From: Octopus vulgaris
Lineage: Eukaryota
Reading direction: 5' to 3'
NCBI GenBank assembly: GCA_951406725.2
Contig: OX597815.1
Location: forward strand, 16,616,001 to 16,680,000
DNA length: 64,000 nucleotides
Of this stretch, positions 13,112-25,681 are shown in pieces. The notes beneath the pieces were generated by a model. It saw only the letters and a program-made list of their open reading frames with translations. It had not been told where the DNA came from and did not search any database. Position 1 is the first letter of the stretch. Each line of letters opens with the position of its first letter. The translations under genes and the position numbers were made by a program.

Positions 13112-13365
13112 ATCATCATCATCATTGTTTAACGTCTGTTTTCCGTGCTAGCATGGGTTGGACGATTCGACCTGGGTCTGGGAAGCCAGGAGGCTGCACC
13201 AGGCTCCAGTTTGATCTGGCAGTGTTTCTACTGCTGGATGTCCTTCCTAACGCCAACCACTCCGTGAGTGTAGTGGGTGCTTTTTACGTGCCACCGGCAC
13301 AGGGGCCAGGCGAGGCTAGCAATGGCCACGATTGGTTGGTGCTTTTTACACATGCCCAAGATAAA
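13112..13365 (-). mobile_element. RTE 3'-tail fragment
   Basis: Same tail sequence and (CAT)n. Confidence 0.8.
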
Positions 13366-14449
13366 ATCTGAAGCCACATTAGTTGTGAAGTAAACTTCTA
13401 AACCACCCAGCCATGTCTGTCTCCAGAATATATATGAGTGGGCCAATTTAATTGTAGTTTTTGCAAGTATAGAATAGATAAAAGAACTTTGTTCCAGAGT
13501 GTCATGCAGTAAGACTGAAACCGGAACCATGTGGTTGAGTGGCTTTCAAACTACTTAACTCAGATTAGAATTCAATTCAATGATAAATTGAACTTTGTTA
13601 TTGTATTAAAACTACATAACTGGTCTTACACTAAACAATAAGTTATTTCTCCTTGAAACTAATTAAGTAAAACAATCTGAAAGACATATCCCACAATACA
13701 GTTTCTTTAACCCTTTTATTTCAATATTCTTATTGAGATGCACTACCTATGTGTGTTAACAAATTTTTATGATAATCAAGAATTTGGAGATTTATCAAAT
13801 AACTTGTTAATATCAAATGTATTATGTATGAGAATGTCATTAATCCTCAGTTAGTTTGTAATGATTCATGATATTAAAAACCATAATCTCCGTACTATAT
13901 TGTAAATTGAATAGAAACCACTAACCAGCTTTATGGCACAGGATCTGGTAAAGTTGTATAACCTAAAATCATTCACCCCTTATAGTTATATTTAATTAGT
14001 CTTGCAGTATTTAATCATATCAATGGGAAATGGAATTTAATTAAAATTAAAAACTTTTAATCAAAATTTACATTTCCAGTGGTCTAACGTGTAAAAAAAT
14101 TTAGTCAAAAAGACTATATATTAGTCATACGATATAGTGTATATTTAAACACATAAGGAATCCACTAATAGGGATTCTACATGCTAGAAAGAACAGCTAG
14201 GTTCTGTAACCACAAAAATTGCAGATAAAATTCGACAGGAATAAATTTTTCATTTTTTCATGTTTTTCATTTCCAAATTTATTCCTGTTGAATTTTATCC
14301 GCAATTTTTGTGGTTACATAACCTAGCTGTTCTTTTTAGCATGTAGAATCCCTATATAAGTGGATTCCTTATGTGTTTAATTAGTCTTGTGTGGATATGA
14401 TATACTGGGATTGATCTTTCAATATATAATCACTAGTATGCAATAGATA

Positions 14450-15178
14450 TGTAGTGAATCTTGCAAGCATGAAGTGGATTCGAGCCACCGCCAAATTTAG
14501 ATTAACACTGCAACAGAATTTTTCCCACGGTGGAACAATGGTTTTTCTTTGACAGCAGTTTTACATTTTCCAGATGTCTTTAGCTAGGCCCGAAATAATG
14601 TCTTCACCACTTGACCCTTTCTAACCTCTTCTACTTCACCAAAAGCTAGAATAGAGATAACAAGACCACCAACTAAATCTATAGTTCTCAATGATACATC
14701 TATCCTTCTGGATAGTTATATAAGCCAGCACACCCCAAGCAAAAATCAGTTAGTCCCTTCTGTGACAACGAAGTCTGGCTGACCAACCTTGGTCAGGGAG
14801 AGAAATGAAGTTTACTATCAGCAACTGTGAGACAACGTCCCACACCCTACAACTCTCACTAGCTCTAATTCTGTTCCCTTACATCATCATCTATCGCTAT
14901 CTGTGGATTACTACTAACAATTTGTGTACGCCGAACTATGCAAAAAGAAAAAAAATCCTACCACAAACAAACTTTACTTCGCATGCTTTTGTATTTACCT
15001 TGACCTGCTCGTCGAGGCAAGGTATTGTAACGTAACGGTAAATAAATATTTCCTTAAAACTTCATGCATTGTCCATCTTTCACATCCTACAGTATGCAAT
15101 TTTAACAAATTTTTATCGTCACAACTGCTGACTCCGACATTTCATCTTATTGTTTATAAATCAATTTCTCCCGTTACA
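14450..15178 (+). mobile_element. solo LTR (Gypsy-like)
   Basis: TG...CA termini, near-TSD GATA/GGTA, internal TATATAAG and AATAAA. Second copy at 51577-52258. Confidence 0.7.
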
Positions 15179-16523
15179 GGTATATTGATATTATTATTAA
15201 GGTCAGGCCTGGCTGAGCAATTGTAATTAGCACTAACTTCCATTGCTTTGAAAAAAAAAAATCATATATTTTCACATTTTTTTAATAGCATTAATGAAAA
15301 ACATCAATACTTGTGAGAATGAAAAAAACAAAAACGAAACGAGGTGGTCGTGCAACATGCCATAAAAGATTCTCCCGTGATTTTTTGGGGGCGTAGTGTT
15401 CCCTAAATTAGTCAAATCGGTCCGGAGGAGGGTGGCGACAAAAATCTTAAATTTTCCAAAATTGTTTTTCATAAAAAGATGCTTCCCACCATTCCGAAGG
15501 ATGTGGTGAAAAAAAAATGGAAAAATCCCTTCAAATCAGAGAAAATCTAACTGATGTAGGTGTCCTGATTCGAAACTCCGCCGTAATAGTTTTCAAAATA
15601 ATAACAAAAAAATTTCTATGTGTAATGCAAAAGAAATTAGTTGATTTATGTGTAGCGAAAAATAAAATAAAATTTGAGAACCGTTGTTATACATGGTCAC
15701 TCGATCTGTTAGAAACAACAGTCAAACCCCTGAAATAGAATACCTTTATTTCAATTGATTTTGAAAATAAAGAATTTGGTAAAATAACTGTCATTATTAA
15801 GCTGGTGTTTGTAACATAAAATGACATGGAAACTGGAAGCTTTTGATTTAAATAATTTTAAACGGTAAGTTTGTATCAAAGAACCAAGGTGATCTCAGAG
15901 TTGGTATCAAAAGGGAAGTGTATTAAATTAACATGGAAACTGGAAGCTTTTAATATAACCTTTTCGATACCAACCTGCCTCAAACAGCCTCTTGATCTGT
16001 AATACAAATGTCTTGTTTCCATAATTTTTGAATTAAAATCTTCCACCAAACCTTAGTCACAATATATGTGCCTAACACTAGGTGAATGATAACGAAGTTA
16101 TTTTAATAAATTCTTTGTTATATTGAAAGTAATTGAAAAAGACACAGAGCATCTCAAAATAAATACAGTAACGAAAGGGTTGAATAATTTTAAACGGTAA
16201 TTTTGTATCAAAGAACCAAGGTGATCTCAGAGTTGGTAATCAAAAGGGAAGTGTATTAAAGAATGTGTGGCGTACATTCCATTTTCTACTTTCACTTCTG
16301 ACAACTAAAAGCACGACAGTGCCAATGTAATCCCTATATTCACTAAAAAGAAAGGATGGCCGTCACTGGACTGTCTTGAACACACACGTGTGTGAGTGTT
16401 CATGTATGTGTGTGTTTGTATGCACGTAAGGACTAACATCTGTGTAGAAGCAGCAAAAATATATACAATGCCAAGCCAAAGTCTATAAGTGCAATAGACT
16501 TAAATGCAACGTACAAATGTTCT

Positions 16524-16562
16524 ACGTCACTTCCGGTTGTAGACAGACCACGAAGATGGCTG
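16524..16562 (+). promoter_or_regulatory. housekeeping-type promoter: overlapping CRE/ETS motif plus YY1-like site over the ATG
   Basis: ACGTCACTTCCGG (reverse complement CCGGAAGTGACGT) at 16524-16536, and AAGATGGC overlapping the start codon. Confidence 0.6.
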
Positions 16563-16600
16563 ACCTACCGGGAATTATTTCCCTGTTGGTGTTGTTATAT
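16556..16600 (+). CDS. SELENOF: SELENOF exon 1 (signal peptide, MADLPGIISLLVLLY)
   Basis: ATG at 16556 in AAGATGG context. 15 hydrophobic codons are followed by a GTAAGT donor at 16601 (phase 0), which joins in frame to ICLADSQ of exon 2 to complete a signal peptide. Promoter-type motifs lie immediately upstream. Confidence 0.8.
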
Positions 16601-17619
16601 GTAAGTATTTTAGAACATTTTACACATTTTCTTCCCCCTCTGATCACCAATTTGAAAAGCAGACATAAATATCTCATCATGATTTCATTCTTTTCGTTTA
16701 GCAGCGGAACATTCCTCTCGTTATGTTCCTCCAAGCATCACTCCCTCACAATACCACGTTTCGATATTGAAACCCTTAACGAGCAAATCAATGGTCAAAA
16801 ATATTCCAGTCGTAACCATCAGCCTTTTAAAAATTTTTTTGAATCTATTAGGGCCCATATTGCCAAAATTTGCCCTTTATTTAAGACAGTAAGGCGTAAT
16901 TTGAAGACTCGGCTGCTATTTGTTATCGGCCAAGCGATCAACGGAGGCAACTCACACACGCACTCGTCTCGTCTGCTGTTCTGGTTGTGACACGTAAACT
17001 TAACTTAAATATTTATTTGTGTCTCTTGACGCAAAAGTGATTTTGAATTAACTTTTATATCTTGTGTGAAGAATGTAACCCGTGAACATTTCAGTTATCC
17101 CCTATTCCGATTCTTTTCATGTGCTGTCTTCTAAATTCAATTATATTTTTTATTTAAGGAGTTTGGTTCTTGTAGGCTCTGCCTTTTTTTTTGTTTTTTT
17201 TTTTTACCTGAAGTTTTTATTTCGTTTTACTTGTGATAACTTTTGCTGACCACTCTTATTTAATACCTCTCAATTTGGCTATAATTCTACCTATTAGGAA
17301 TATAATTGTGTTCGATCTAACTCTGCGTAGCTAATCTCGTCTGTTCCTCTACTTAAAATGTGTTGTTGTTTTGCCCAAGTTGCGAGGATCGGACAGGCCA
17401 ATGATCAAAAGCGTTTCTACCGTGACCACCGAGTCTATTTTTTTCCAGACGTAGTGTATCTAATATCCAATGTACATTTATTTAAATCATAGATTTTGTA
17501 TCTTATAGATTTTTTCGCGATGATATGTATGGCTTTTAAAAACTTGTCAACCATCTGATCACTTATCAATCTGGGAGACAAACTAGTCAAATTGACTGCA
17601 TCCTCACCAGACAGGGATA

Positions 17620-19815
17620 GATATATGCTTGAAAATGCAAAGTTTTCCCAAGTGAAAAATGTACATCTTAATGTAAGCTAGTGGTTAGTGACTTCAGACT
17701 TAGGGCCAGAAAGATCCTGAAATGTAAGCCAATGTTCTTAATGAGGTCTTTGATGAGAAGGAGGGAGAAATAGAAACATGAGGTAGAGGACAACTGGAAG
17801 TTCCTATGAGACACTCTACTAAGGGTAATGGACCAAATTTCTGGTTAGAGCAAAGTCTCTGCCAGACCAAGGGTGATGTGATGGTTGAACAATGCTGTTG
17901 ACAGAGCCATAAAAGAGAAGAGATGGGTCTGAAAAGGGTGGAAAAAGGGGATAGCAAGGAATAATATCAAAAGGCTAAAAGGGAGGCTAAACATAATTTT
18001 TATCCAGCTTGGGTAGAATCAGAAAAGAAGAGGTTTGCCAAAGTGCTACAGTGTGAAGATCAGAGACTTGAAGTGTTCAATGAGAATTGAGATATTGTAG
18101 GAAAGAAGTGTGTGCGGATGGATAATGGTATGCTTGCACTTAATGATGTGTACAAGAAAGAGGCGTGGAAAAGTTACTATGTGGGACTGTTGTATGTAGA
18201 GAATGAATGGGACAAAGAAAGTCTCCCTCATGTGAACCCAACAGAGGGACCAGCTATCCTAGTGGACAGCAGTGTGGTTGATAAGGCAATTGAAACCATG
18301 AAGACTGGGAAAGCCCCTGGTCCATCCAGAATCATGGAACCAAGGCTATGATGCTCAAAATATCTGGTATGTGGGCTAGTCACCCACATAGATAACCAGG
18401 TCATTCAGGAAGGTGTAATACCCAAGGACTGGTGTAACAGCATTATTGTTAGCTGCTACAAGGGTAAGGGTTATACTTTAGATAGAAGCAATCATAAAGG
18501 CACCAAACTCTTGAACCAGGTGATGAAAATTACTGAGAGTGTTATAGCCCAATTAACTAGGAGCAGAATTAAGCTAGATGAAATGAAGTTCAGCTTTGTC
18601 CAGCAAAGAAGCACTACTGCTGCTATTTTCATAGTCAGGCAACTGTAAAAGAAGTACTTAGCTAAGAATAAACCATTGTACTTGGCATTTGTTGATCTTT
18701 AGAGAAAGCCTTTGATAGAATACCTCACTGTGTGATATGGTGAGTGCTGAAAAGGCTAAGGATGGATGAGTGGCTGGTGAAAGCTGTGCAGGCCATGTAC
18801 AAAGACACTGTCTGTAAGATGAGAGTTAAACATGAGTGCAACAAAGAATTTGGTGTACAGGTAGGGGTTTATCAAGGCTCAGTCCTTAGTCTCCTCCATT
18901 TCATCATTGTCCTCCAGGACATAACAGAGGAATTCAAGACTGGCATCCTCTGGAGACTACTATATGCTGATGATCTTGCCCTCCTAGCAGATTCCATATC
19001 AGAGCTAGAAGAGAATTTCCAGTTGTGGAAGCAAAACATGGGATCTAAAGGCCTTAAGGTTAACTTAGCAAAGACTAAGGTCCTGATAAGCAAGAAACTG
19101 ACAGGTTCTGTTCGATTTGTAGGAAAGGTGTAGTTAGAACTTCATTGCAGTGTACCCAGTGTAAGCTATGGACATGCAAGAAGCTGGATGTGCAATGTAA
19201 GTGTACGTGTTTGACAGAGTGCTAGTGTTTTGAGAGAGAAGTTAGGCATAAGGTGAATTAGTTGCACACAGCAACTAATAGAGAACACTGCGCTGGTTTG
19301 GTTATGTGATGTGGATGGATGCTGAAGGCTCCATAAAGAAATGCCAATCTCTCAAAGTAGATGGAACATGTGGAAGTGGGAAACCCAGGAAGATATATGA
19401 CAAAGTACTGAAGAATGACTTAAGGATGCTGAATATTTCATGCAAGATGATAAAGGACTGAGAAGTCTGGTGCCTTGCTGTACTCAAGAAGACCTGTACT
19501 CCACAGCATACTTGTTAAGAATGGTTCCCTTGGTGGTGAGGTTTGACTTGCAAGAGTCCTGTGCTGGGGCCATGTAAAAAGCACTCATGGCAGTTCCATG
19601 TAAAAGCACCCATGTGGTGTCATGTAAAAGTGACTGTGTTGTGCCACATAATAGTGTCCATATGGTGCCATGTAAAAACACCCAGCACACACTGTAAAGT
19701 GGTTGATGTTAGGAAGGGCATCCAGCTGTAGAAGCCATGCCAAATTGGACTGGAGTCTGGTGCAGGACATCAGCTTGCAAGATCTGGTCAAACCATCCAA
19801 CCCACAGGAGCATGG
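17620..19815 (+). mobile_element. decayed RTE-clade LINE in SELENOF intron 1
   Basis: KTGKAPGPS, EKAFDRIP, GVYQGSVLS and LLYADDLAL motifs, plus the shared 3' tail. Confidence 0.85.
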
Positions 19816-19817
19816 AC

Positions 19818-21234
19818 ATCATCATCATCATTATTATTCAACGTCCGTTTTCCGTGCTAGCATGGGTTGGACGGTTCGACCGGGGTCTGGGAAGCCAGGA
19901 GGCTGCACCAGGCTAACGCCAACCACTCCGTGAGTGTAGTGGGTGCTTTTTATGTGCCAGGGGAGGCTGGCAGTGGCCATGATCAGTTGGTGCTTTTTAC
20001 GTGCCACCGGCACAAACCAGTCAAGGAAGCGCTGGCATTGGCCACGTTCGGATGGTGCTTTTTACGTGCTACCGGCACAGGTATCACAACTACAATTTCT
20101 TTTTGATATTTATTTTGATGTTGCTGTACGTGACTCAATAGGTCTCCTCAAGCACAGCAGGTCACCCTATGATCCAAAGTAAGCACGGCAGGTCGTTCTG
20201 CAATCCAAGGTACTTTGGATGGGCTGGGGCTATGTGAAACTGATGTAGGAAACAGCCATGAACTCACATTATTTGTCGGGTCTTTGCAGTCACAGCATAT
20301 CTCCAGAGATCTCGGTCTTTCGTCATTGCCTTTGTGAGGCCCAACGTTTGAAGGTCATGCTTGACTACCTCATCCCATGTCTTCCTGGGTCTACCTCTCT
20401 TCCGGATACCTTCAACTGTTTGGGAGTGGCACTTCTTCACACATCTCTCCTCATCCATCCGCAGTACATGACCATACCAGCGCAAACGTCTCTCTTGCAC
20501 ACCACCTCTGATGCTTCTTATGTCCAGCATTTCTCTCAGGGCGCTTACACTCTGTCGTGTGTGCACACTGACATTACACATCCAGCGGATCATGCTAGCT
20601 TCATTTCTTTCAAGCCTACGCATGTCCTCTGCAGTCACAGCCCATGTTTCACTACCATGAAGCATGGCAGTTCGCACACATGCATTGTACAATCAACCTT
20701 TCACTCTGAGCGAGAGACTCTTTGTCACCAGTAGGGGTAGAAGCTTTCTAAACTTTGCCCAGGCTATTCGTATTCTAGTGGTGACACTCTCTGAGCATCC
20801 ACCTCCACTACTATCTTGGTCTCCTAGGTAGCGGAAACTATCAGCTACTTCTAGACTTCTGACGGTGGCAAGTGAAGGATGGCCCATGGAGTGTGATGGA
20901 ATCTGTTTTCTGAGTATCTGTGGTGTCTATTGCCCCTGTGCATCTGCCACACATGAAAGCTATCTTCTCGGTTAATTTTCCTTTGATGTTGCTGCACCTC
21001 TTATGTGTCCATAGCTTACACTGGGTACATCTTATGGAGTTTCTACCTACACCTTTTCTACAGATCTAGCAGGAGCACCTACCTGAAGGGGTGTGTGATG
21101 TGTTTGCCTTCCTACTTACTAGAACTTTGGTCATTGCTACATTTACTCTAAGGCCTTTTGATTCTAAACCTAGCTTCCACACCTGAAATTTCTTTTCTAG
21201 TCCCAGTAGTGATTCTGCTATGAGGGCCAGGTCA
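19818..21234 (-). mobile_element. 5'-truncated RTE LINE, tail-to-tail with the previous copy
   Basis: ORFs 20693-20887 and 20264-20692 (FRYLGD, MLHGSETW, RRLRWYGHVLRM, RGRPRKTW) run into the (GAT)n tail. Confidence 0.88.
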
Positions 21235-21308
21235 TTTTCTAGATGGTGTAATTTAATTGTTCATTTTGAATTGATAAAAGGTGGTTTTTTCTAATTTTTA
21301 TATATATA

Positions 21309-21693
21309 CTAGCAGTATCGCCCGGCGTTTCTCGGGTTTGTAAGGGAAATAACTATAAAGCATTTTTAGAGAGTTATAGCCAAAAAAAATAGCAAAAAAA
21401 TGGGGGAAAAATTATGGTAAATTTTTTTGAGAGTTAAAAAGGTCGAGTTGCGTCCCCTAGACCATCTGTGGTTTGTGTTTCTGATTGTCGACCCCATGTC
21501 GAATTTATCGATCCTTTTCAGAACTGGGGGAACTTTTCAAAATTTTCGCTGCGTTAGTTTTGAATTATGACATTGGGCTATGTGTGTGTCAAGTTTCATC
21601 ATAATCGGTTGAAAGCCGTGGTCAGGGTGAGGGTACAACCTAACAGACACACAGAAACACACACAGACAAACTGCCGTTTATATAGAGAGAGA
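21309..21693 (-). mobile_element. non-autonomous Helitron-like element
   Basis: On the minus strand it starts TC after A and ends with a CCCG..CGGG hairpin and CTAG before T. Related copies at 62443-62835 and 55334-55366. Confidence 0.65.
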
Positions 21694-21778
21694 TGTATAT
21701 AGACACACACACACACACATATTTGAATACCTTCAAAAATTTAATATCATTTAAATGTTTTTATTATTTCTATTCCAG

Positions 21779-21952
21779 ATATGCTTGGCAGACAGCCAAG
21801 AGCTGACACCGTTACAGTGTGAACATCTGGGCATGTACAATAGTTTGTTATGTAGTTCGTGTAATGAATTAGACAAATTTCAGCTAACACCTCTCAAAGA
21901 CAGCTGTTCGAAATGTTGTCAAATGGACCAAGAGGGAGAGAAAGCATTAAAG
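21779..21952 (+). CDS. SELENOF: SELENOF exon 2 (Cys-rich UGGT-binding domain)
   Basis: TTCCAG acceptor and GTGAGG donor, phase 0/0. Encodes ICLADSQELTPLQCEHLGMYNSLLCSSCNELDKFQLTPLKDSCSKCCQMDQEGEKALK, with the Sep15 pattern C..LG...L.CSSC..L..F.L..L...C..CC. Confidence 0.95.
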
Positions 21953-22084
21953 GTGAGGTGGTTTGATAAACAAACAATTTCTTTATCATTAATCTGTTGC
22001 ATAAGGCAGCATGCTGCCAGGATCATTGGTGCATTGAGAAAAATTCTTACTTCCTTTAGCCCCCTGCACTTGTATGTCAGGTCG

Positions 22085-24430
22085 CTCTCAAGTGCTACTG
22101 GTACCATGTAGCCCTGTACAACCTGTTCCATGGTCGGGTCATTGGCGACTAAACTGGCAATCCCACCAGGCTTGCTTGGTGAGGTGGGTGCTTGTTGAAA
22201 ACCCTCTGGGCGGAGGAACTACAACGTAGTCAATGGCCATTCAACTATGTGTGTTTGTGGAGTGTTTGTGTGTGTGTATTGTGTATGTTGCATTTTGGAC
22301 TGTGTGTCTATTGTATATACAGTGTTTTTGTTTTTAAATTGTATATATCGTATGAGCAGTGGGCAGGTCATTCTGGCCCTGTACGGGTAGTGAGACGTCC
22401 CCACCCTCCAAGAGTCTCCCACTGCCTTGTGGGTAGGTTTTTTTGGTTAGTCAAAGGCTGGGGAGTAAACCGTATCCAAATCTGGAGAAGTCCATCATCT
22501 CTCTGGCAGTGCTTGCAGTCCATTCGTGGCTAGAATGTGTTGTCCTGTGTCCCTCCTGGCTAGATCGGCTGGACCGAGAGGGGGTTCCTGGGCTTGGGCA
22601 ACCCAAGGCCTTCACAGTTCTCTTGCCCAGGATTCAGTGACTTCACCCACTCTACTTCTTCTTTTTCCAAGTCCTGAGGCGATGGGCAAGTGGTGACGGT
22701 GGCAAGTGCAGGATGGCCCATGGACCTGCACTTCGAGCAGTCAGGGTAGGATGGTTGTTCTGCAGCCTACCAGGGCAAGGGCATAGTTTGGCAGCCACTC
22801 TGACGACAGAGCAGCCCTCTTCAGAGATAGCACTGCTCCCCCGCTTAGGAGGAAGGGTCTAGAAAAGGTGACTTAAAGAAAGCTTGCTTCATCTCATCCT
22901 GTCAGCATACCGCAGCTGACTGGTCATCTACCACGCAGTCGAAACATGAAAGAAATACGAAAGAATACGAGTTGACTGAGTTGATACAGCAGTTCTGGGA
23001 CGAAGGGTCAGTGCCACAGGACTTCAAGGATGCCAACATCGTGCATCTGTACAAGAACAAGGAGGACAGAGCTTCATGTGACAACCAAAGAGGCATCTCA
23101 TTGCTGAGCATCGCAGGAAAGATCATGGCCCATGTTTTTCTGAACCGCATCACACACCACCTGCAGGACGACGTGGTCTCAGAGAGGCAGTGTGGATTTA
23201 GGAACAACAGGGGGACAATAGACATGGTCTTTGCAGTATGGCAGATACAAGAGAAGTTCCGAGAACAAAACCAGAACCTCTGCATCCTCTTCGTGGACCT
23301 GATGAAGGCTTTTGACACTGTCAGCTGAGAGGTCCTGTGGGATATCTTGTCCAAGCTAGGCTGCCCACTAAAGCTCGTCAGGATCATCCAGTCATTTCAT
23401 GGTGGCATGAAGGCTCGCATTGTGGAAAACAGATGTCTCTGATCCATTCCCGGTCTCCAATAGCATGAAGCAAGGCTGCATGATGGCTCCCACACTCTTC
23501 AGCCTCATGTTTGCCACCATGCTCTTCTGCCCCCTGTCAAAGTCACTATGCTGGTGTCACTATTCGCTACAGATGTGACAGCCGATTCTTTGACCTCAGA
23601 TGTCTGAAGGCAAAAACCAAAGCCCTGGACACCCTAGTGAGAGACTTCCAGTTTGTAGATGATTGTGCGCTTACAGCATTGAATGCACCAGACCTGCAAG
23701 AACTTGCCACTTGTCTCGCAGAAACAGCAAAGGCCTACGGACTGACTATTAGCCTGCGGAAAACTAAAGTGATGCTTCAGCCTGCACCTGGCCTGACACC
23801 TCCTGAGCCTCAGATTGAGATTGAGGGCAAAACTCTGAACAATGTGGAGAGTTTTACATACCTGGGAAGCTGCCTGTCCTCAAACTGCAACATGGACAAA
23901 GATGTCCCCATGAGGCTTGCAAAAGCAGGAGCTTCATTTAGCAGACTTTGGACATGTGTGTGGGCTGAACGAGGCATCAGACTTTCCACCAAGCTGGCAG
24001 TCATCATCACCTCTCTGCTCTACGGCTGTGGGACGTGGACGCTATATAGGAGGCAAATGCGAGTACTTGACCAGTTCCACTTCTGCTTTTTGCGACAAAT
24101 CTTGGCAATTTCCTGGGAGGACAGAGTCTCCAACACTAACGTGCTTCGCAGAGCCTAAATGCCTGGGATCGAAGCCCTCATCATGAAGGCTCAGCTCCAG
24201 TGGGTCGGACATGTAGTCTGAATGAACAATGCGTGTCTACCAAAGACGATCTTCTTCTCTGAGCTGGCTTCTGGCACAAGAAACCCTGGAAGGCTACTGA
24301 GGTGATACAAGGACAGCCTGAAAACTTCCCTTGATGCCTGTGGCTGGGAATCACTTGCCTCTGACCACAATGTCTGGTGTCCAGCCATCCTAAAGGGTGT
24401 TAGGCTGTTTGAGGAAAAGTGCCTCAAGAG
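22085..24430 (+). mobile_element. RTE/BovB-like LINE, internally deleted, in SELENOF intron 2
   Basis: PQDFKDANIVHLYKNK...RGISLLSIAGK, QCGFR, FVDLMKAFDTVS, FVDDCAL, FTYLGS and LLYGCGTW motifs. Confidence 0.9.
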
Positions 24431-24947
24431 GGTGTTGGATGTATAAACTCATCAGTGTTCCATAGTATCCCTGGCAAAAACTGAAAAAAACCCAACTCTT
24501 AATAGTAAATGTTAATATATTTAATGCAAGGAACATCAAAATACTAGCAAGATATAATGTGTTGAGTGTAATTTCTAAATATTTCTTTTATTTTTTATTT
24601 TCTAATAAATGTACGATCTTATGCAATTACATATTGATTCTTTTGCTACTTTGGCAAGTAAAGGGTTTGCTTTGCTGATGACATCAGAATAAAGGCAAAA
24701 TGTATGTAATTGTCCCCCCATACTTATCTGATCATCATCATCATCATCGTTTAACGTCCGTTCTCCATGCTAGCATGGGTTGGACGGTTCGACCGGGGAT
24801 CTGGGAAGCCAGAAGGCTGCACCAGGCTCCGGTCTTATCTGGCAATAAATGGAGAAAATATTATTCTAGTTTATATAATTAATAGACCTTATACTAAGTT
24901 TCTTATTGTTTAGCCTAGTCAGTCCTGATTCAGAGTTATAGAGTTTT

Positions 24948-25186
24948 AAGGCGGTGAGCTGGCAGAAACGTTAGCACGCCAGGTGAAATGCTTAGTGGTA
25001 TTTCGCCTGCTGTTACGTTCTGAGTGCAAATTCTGCTGAGGTCGACTTTGCCTTTCATCCTTTCAGGGTCGATAAATTAAGTACCAGTTAAACACGGGTC
25101 AATGTAATCGACTTAATTCCTTTGTCTGTCCTTGTTTGTCCCCTCTATGTTTAGCCCCTTGTGGGCAATAAAGAAATAAGAAATAA
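24948..25186 (+). mobile_element. tRNA-derived SINE family B with TSD
   Basis: A box TGGCAGAAACG, B-box-like GTGCAAATTC, central GCCTTTCATCCTTTC..GTCGATAAATTAAGTACCAG. Flanking AGAGTTATAGAGTT duplication. Confidence 0.85.
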
Positions 25187-25681
25187 GAGTTATAGAGTTG
25201 GAGTTAGAAGCAATTATTGGGTTATTGGAGCAAGAGTCAGGAAAAATGTACCAGCTCCAACTAAATATAAGTTGTAATATAATGCATTAAAATTTCCAGT
25301 TTCACAAATGCTAATTTGACTGTTTTCTACATTGAAAATGATCAAAACAGAATTAAGGGATTCTATGAAGGAAGATTTGGCAAAAGCAATTCCATTTATA
25401 AGAACAAGATGTTTGTCAGGTAATATTTATTCCCACTTAAATGTGGATGTTCTATTAGAACAAACTATACTACAGTAGTTACCATGAGAGAAACTTTCAT
25501 ATTGGTTTTTTGGGGCAAAACACACTCTTGTTCATATTGCACCAAAAAGCCATTGAGATTTCTCTCACAGGAACTACTGCCGTATAATTTGTTCTAATAG
25601 GACATCCACGTTTAAGTGGGGAGGAATATTACCTTTCGATATTAACACTGCCTCTGTTCCAAATGTATATTTTTTAACAAG

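Noticed and set aside
16601-16990. Continuation of the 157-aa ORF 16517-16990
   Set aside because: Read-through past the exon 1 GTAAGT donor into intron 1.
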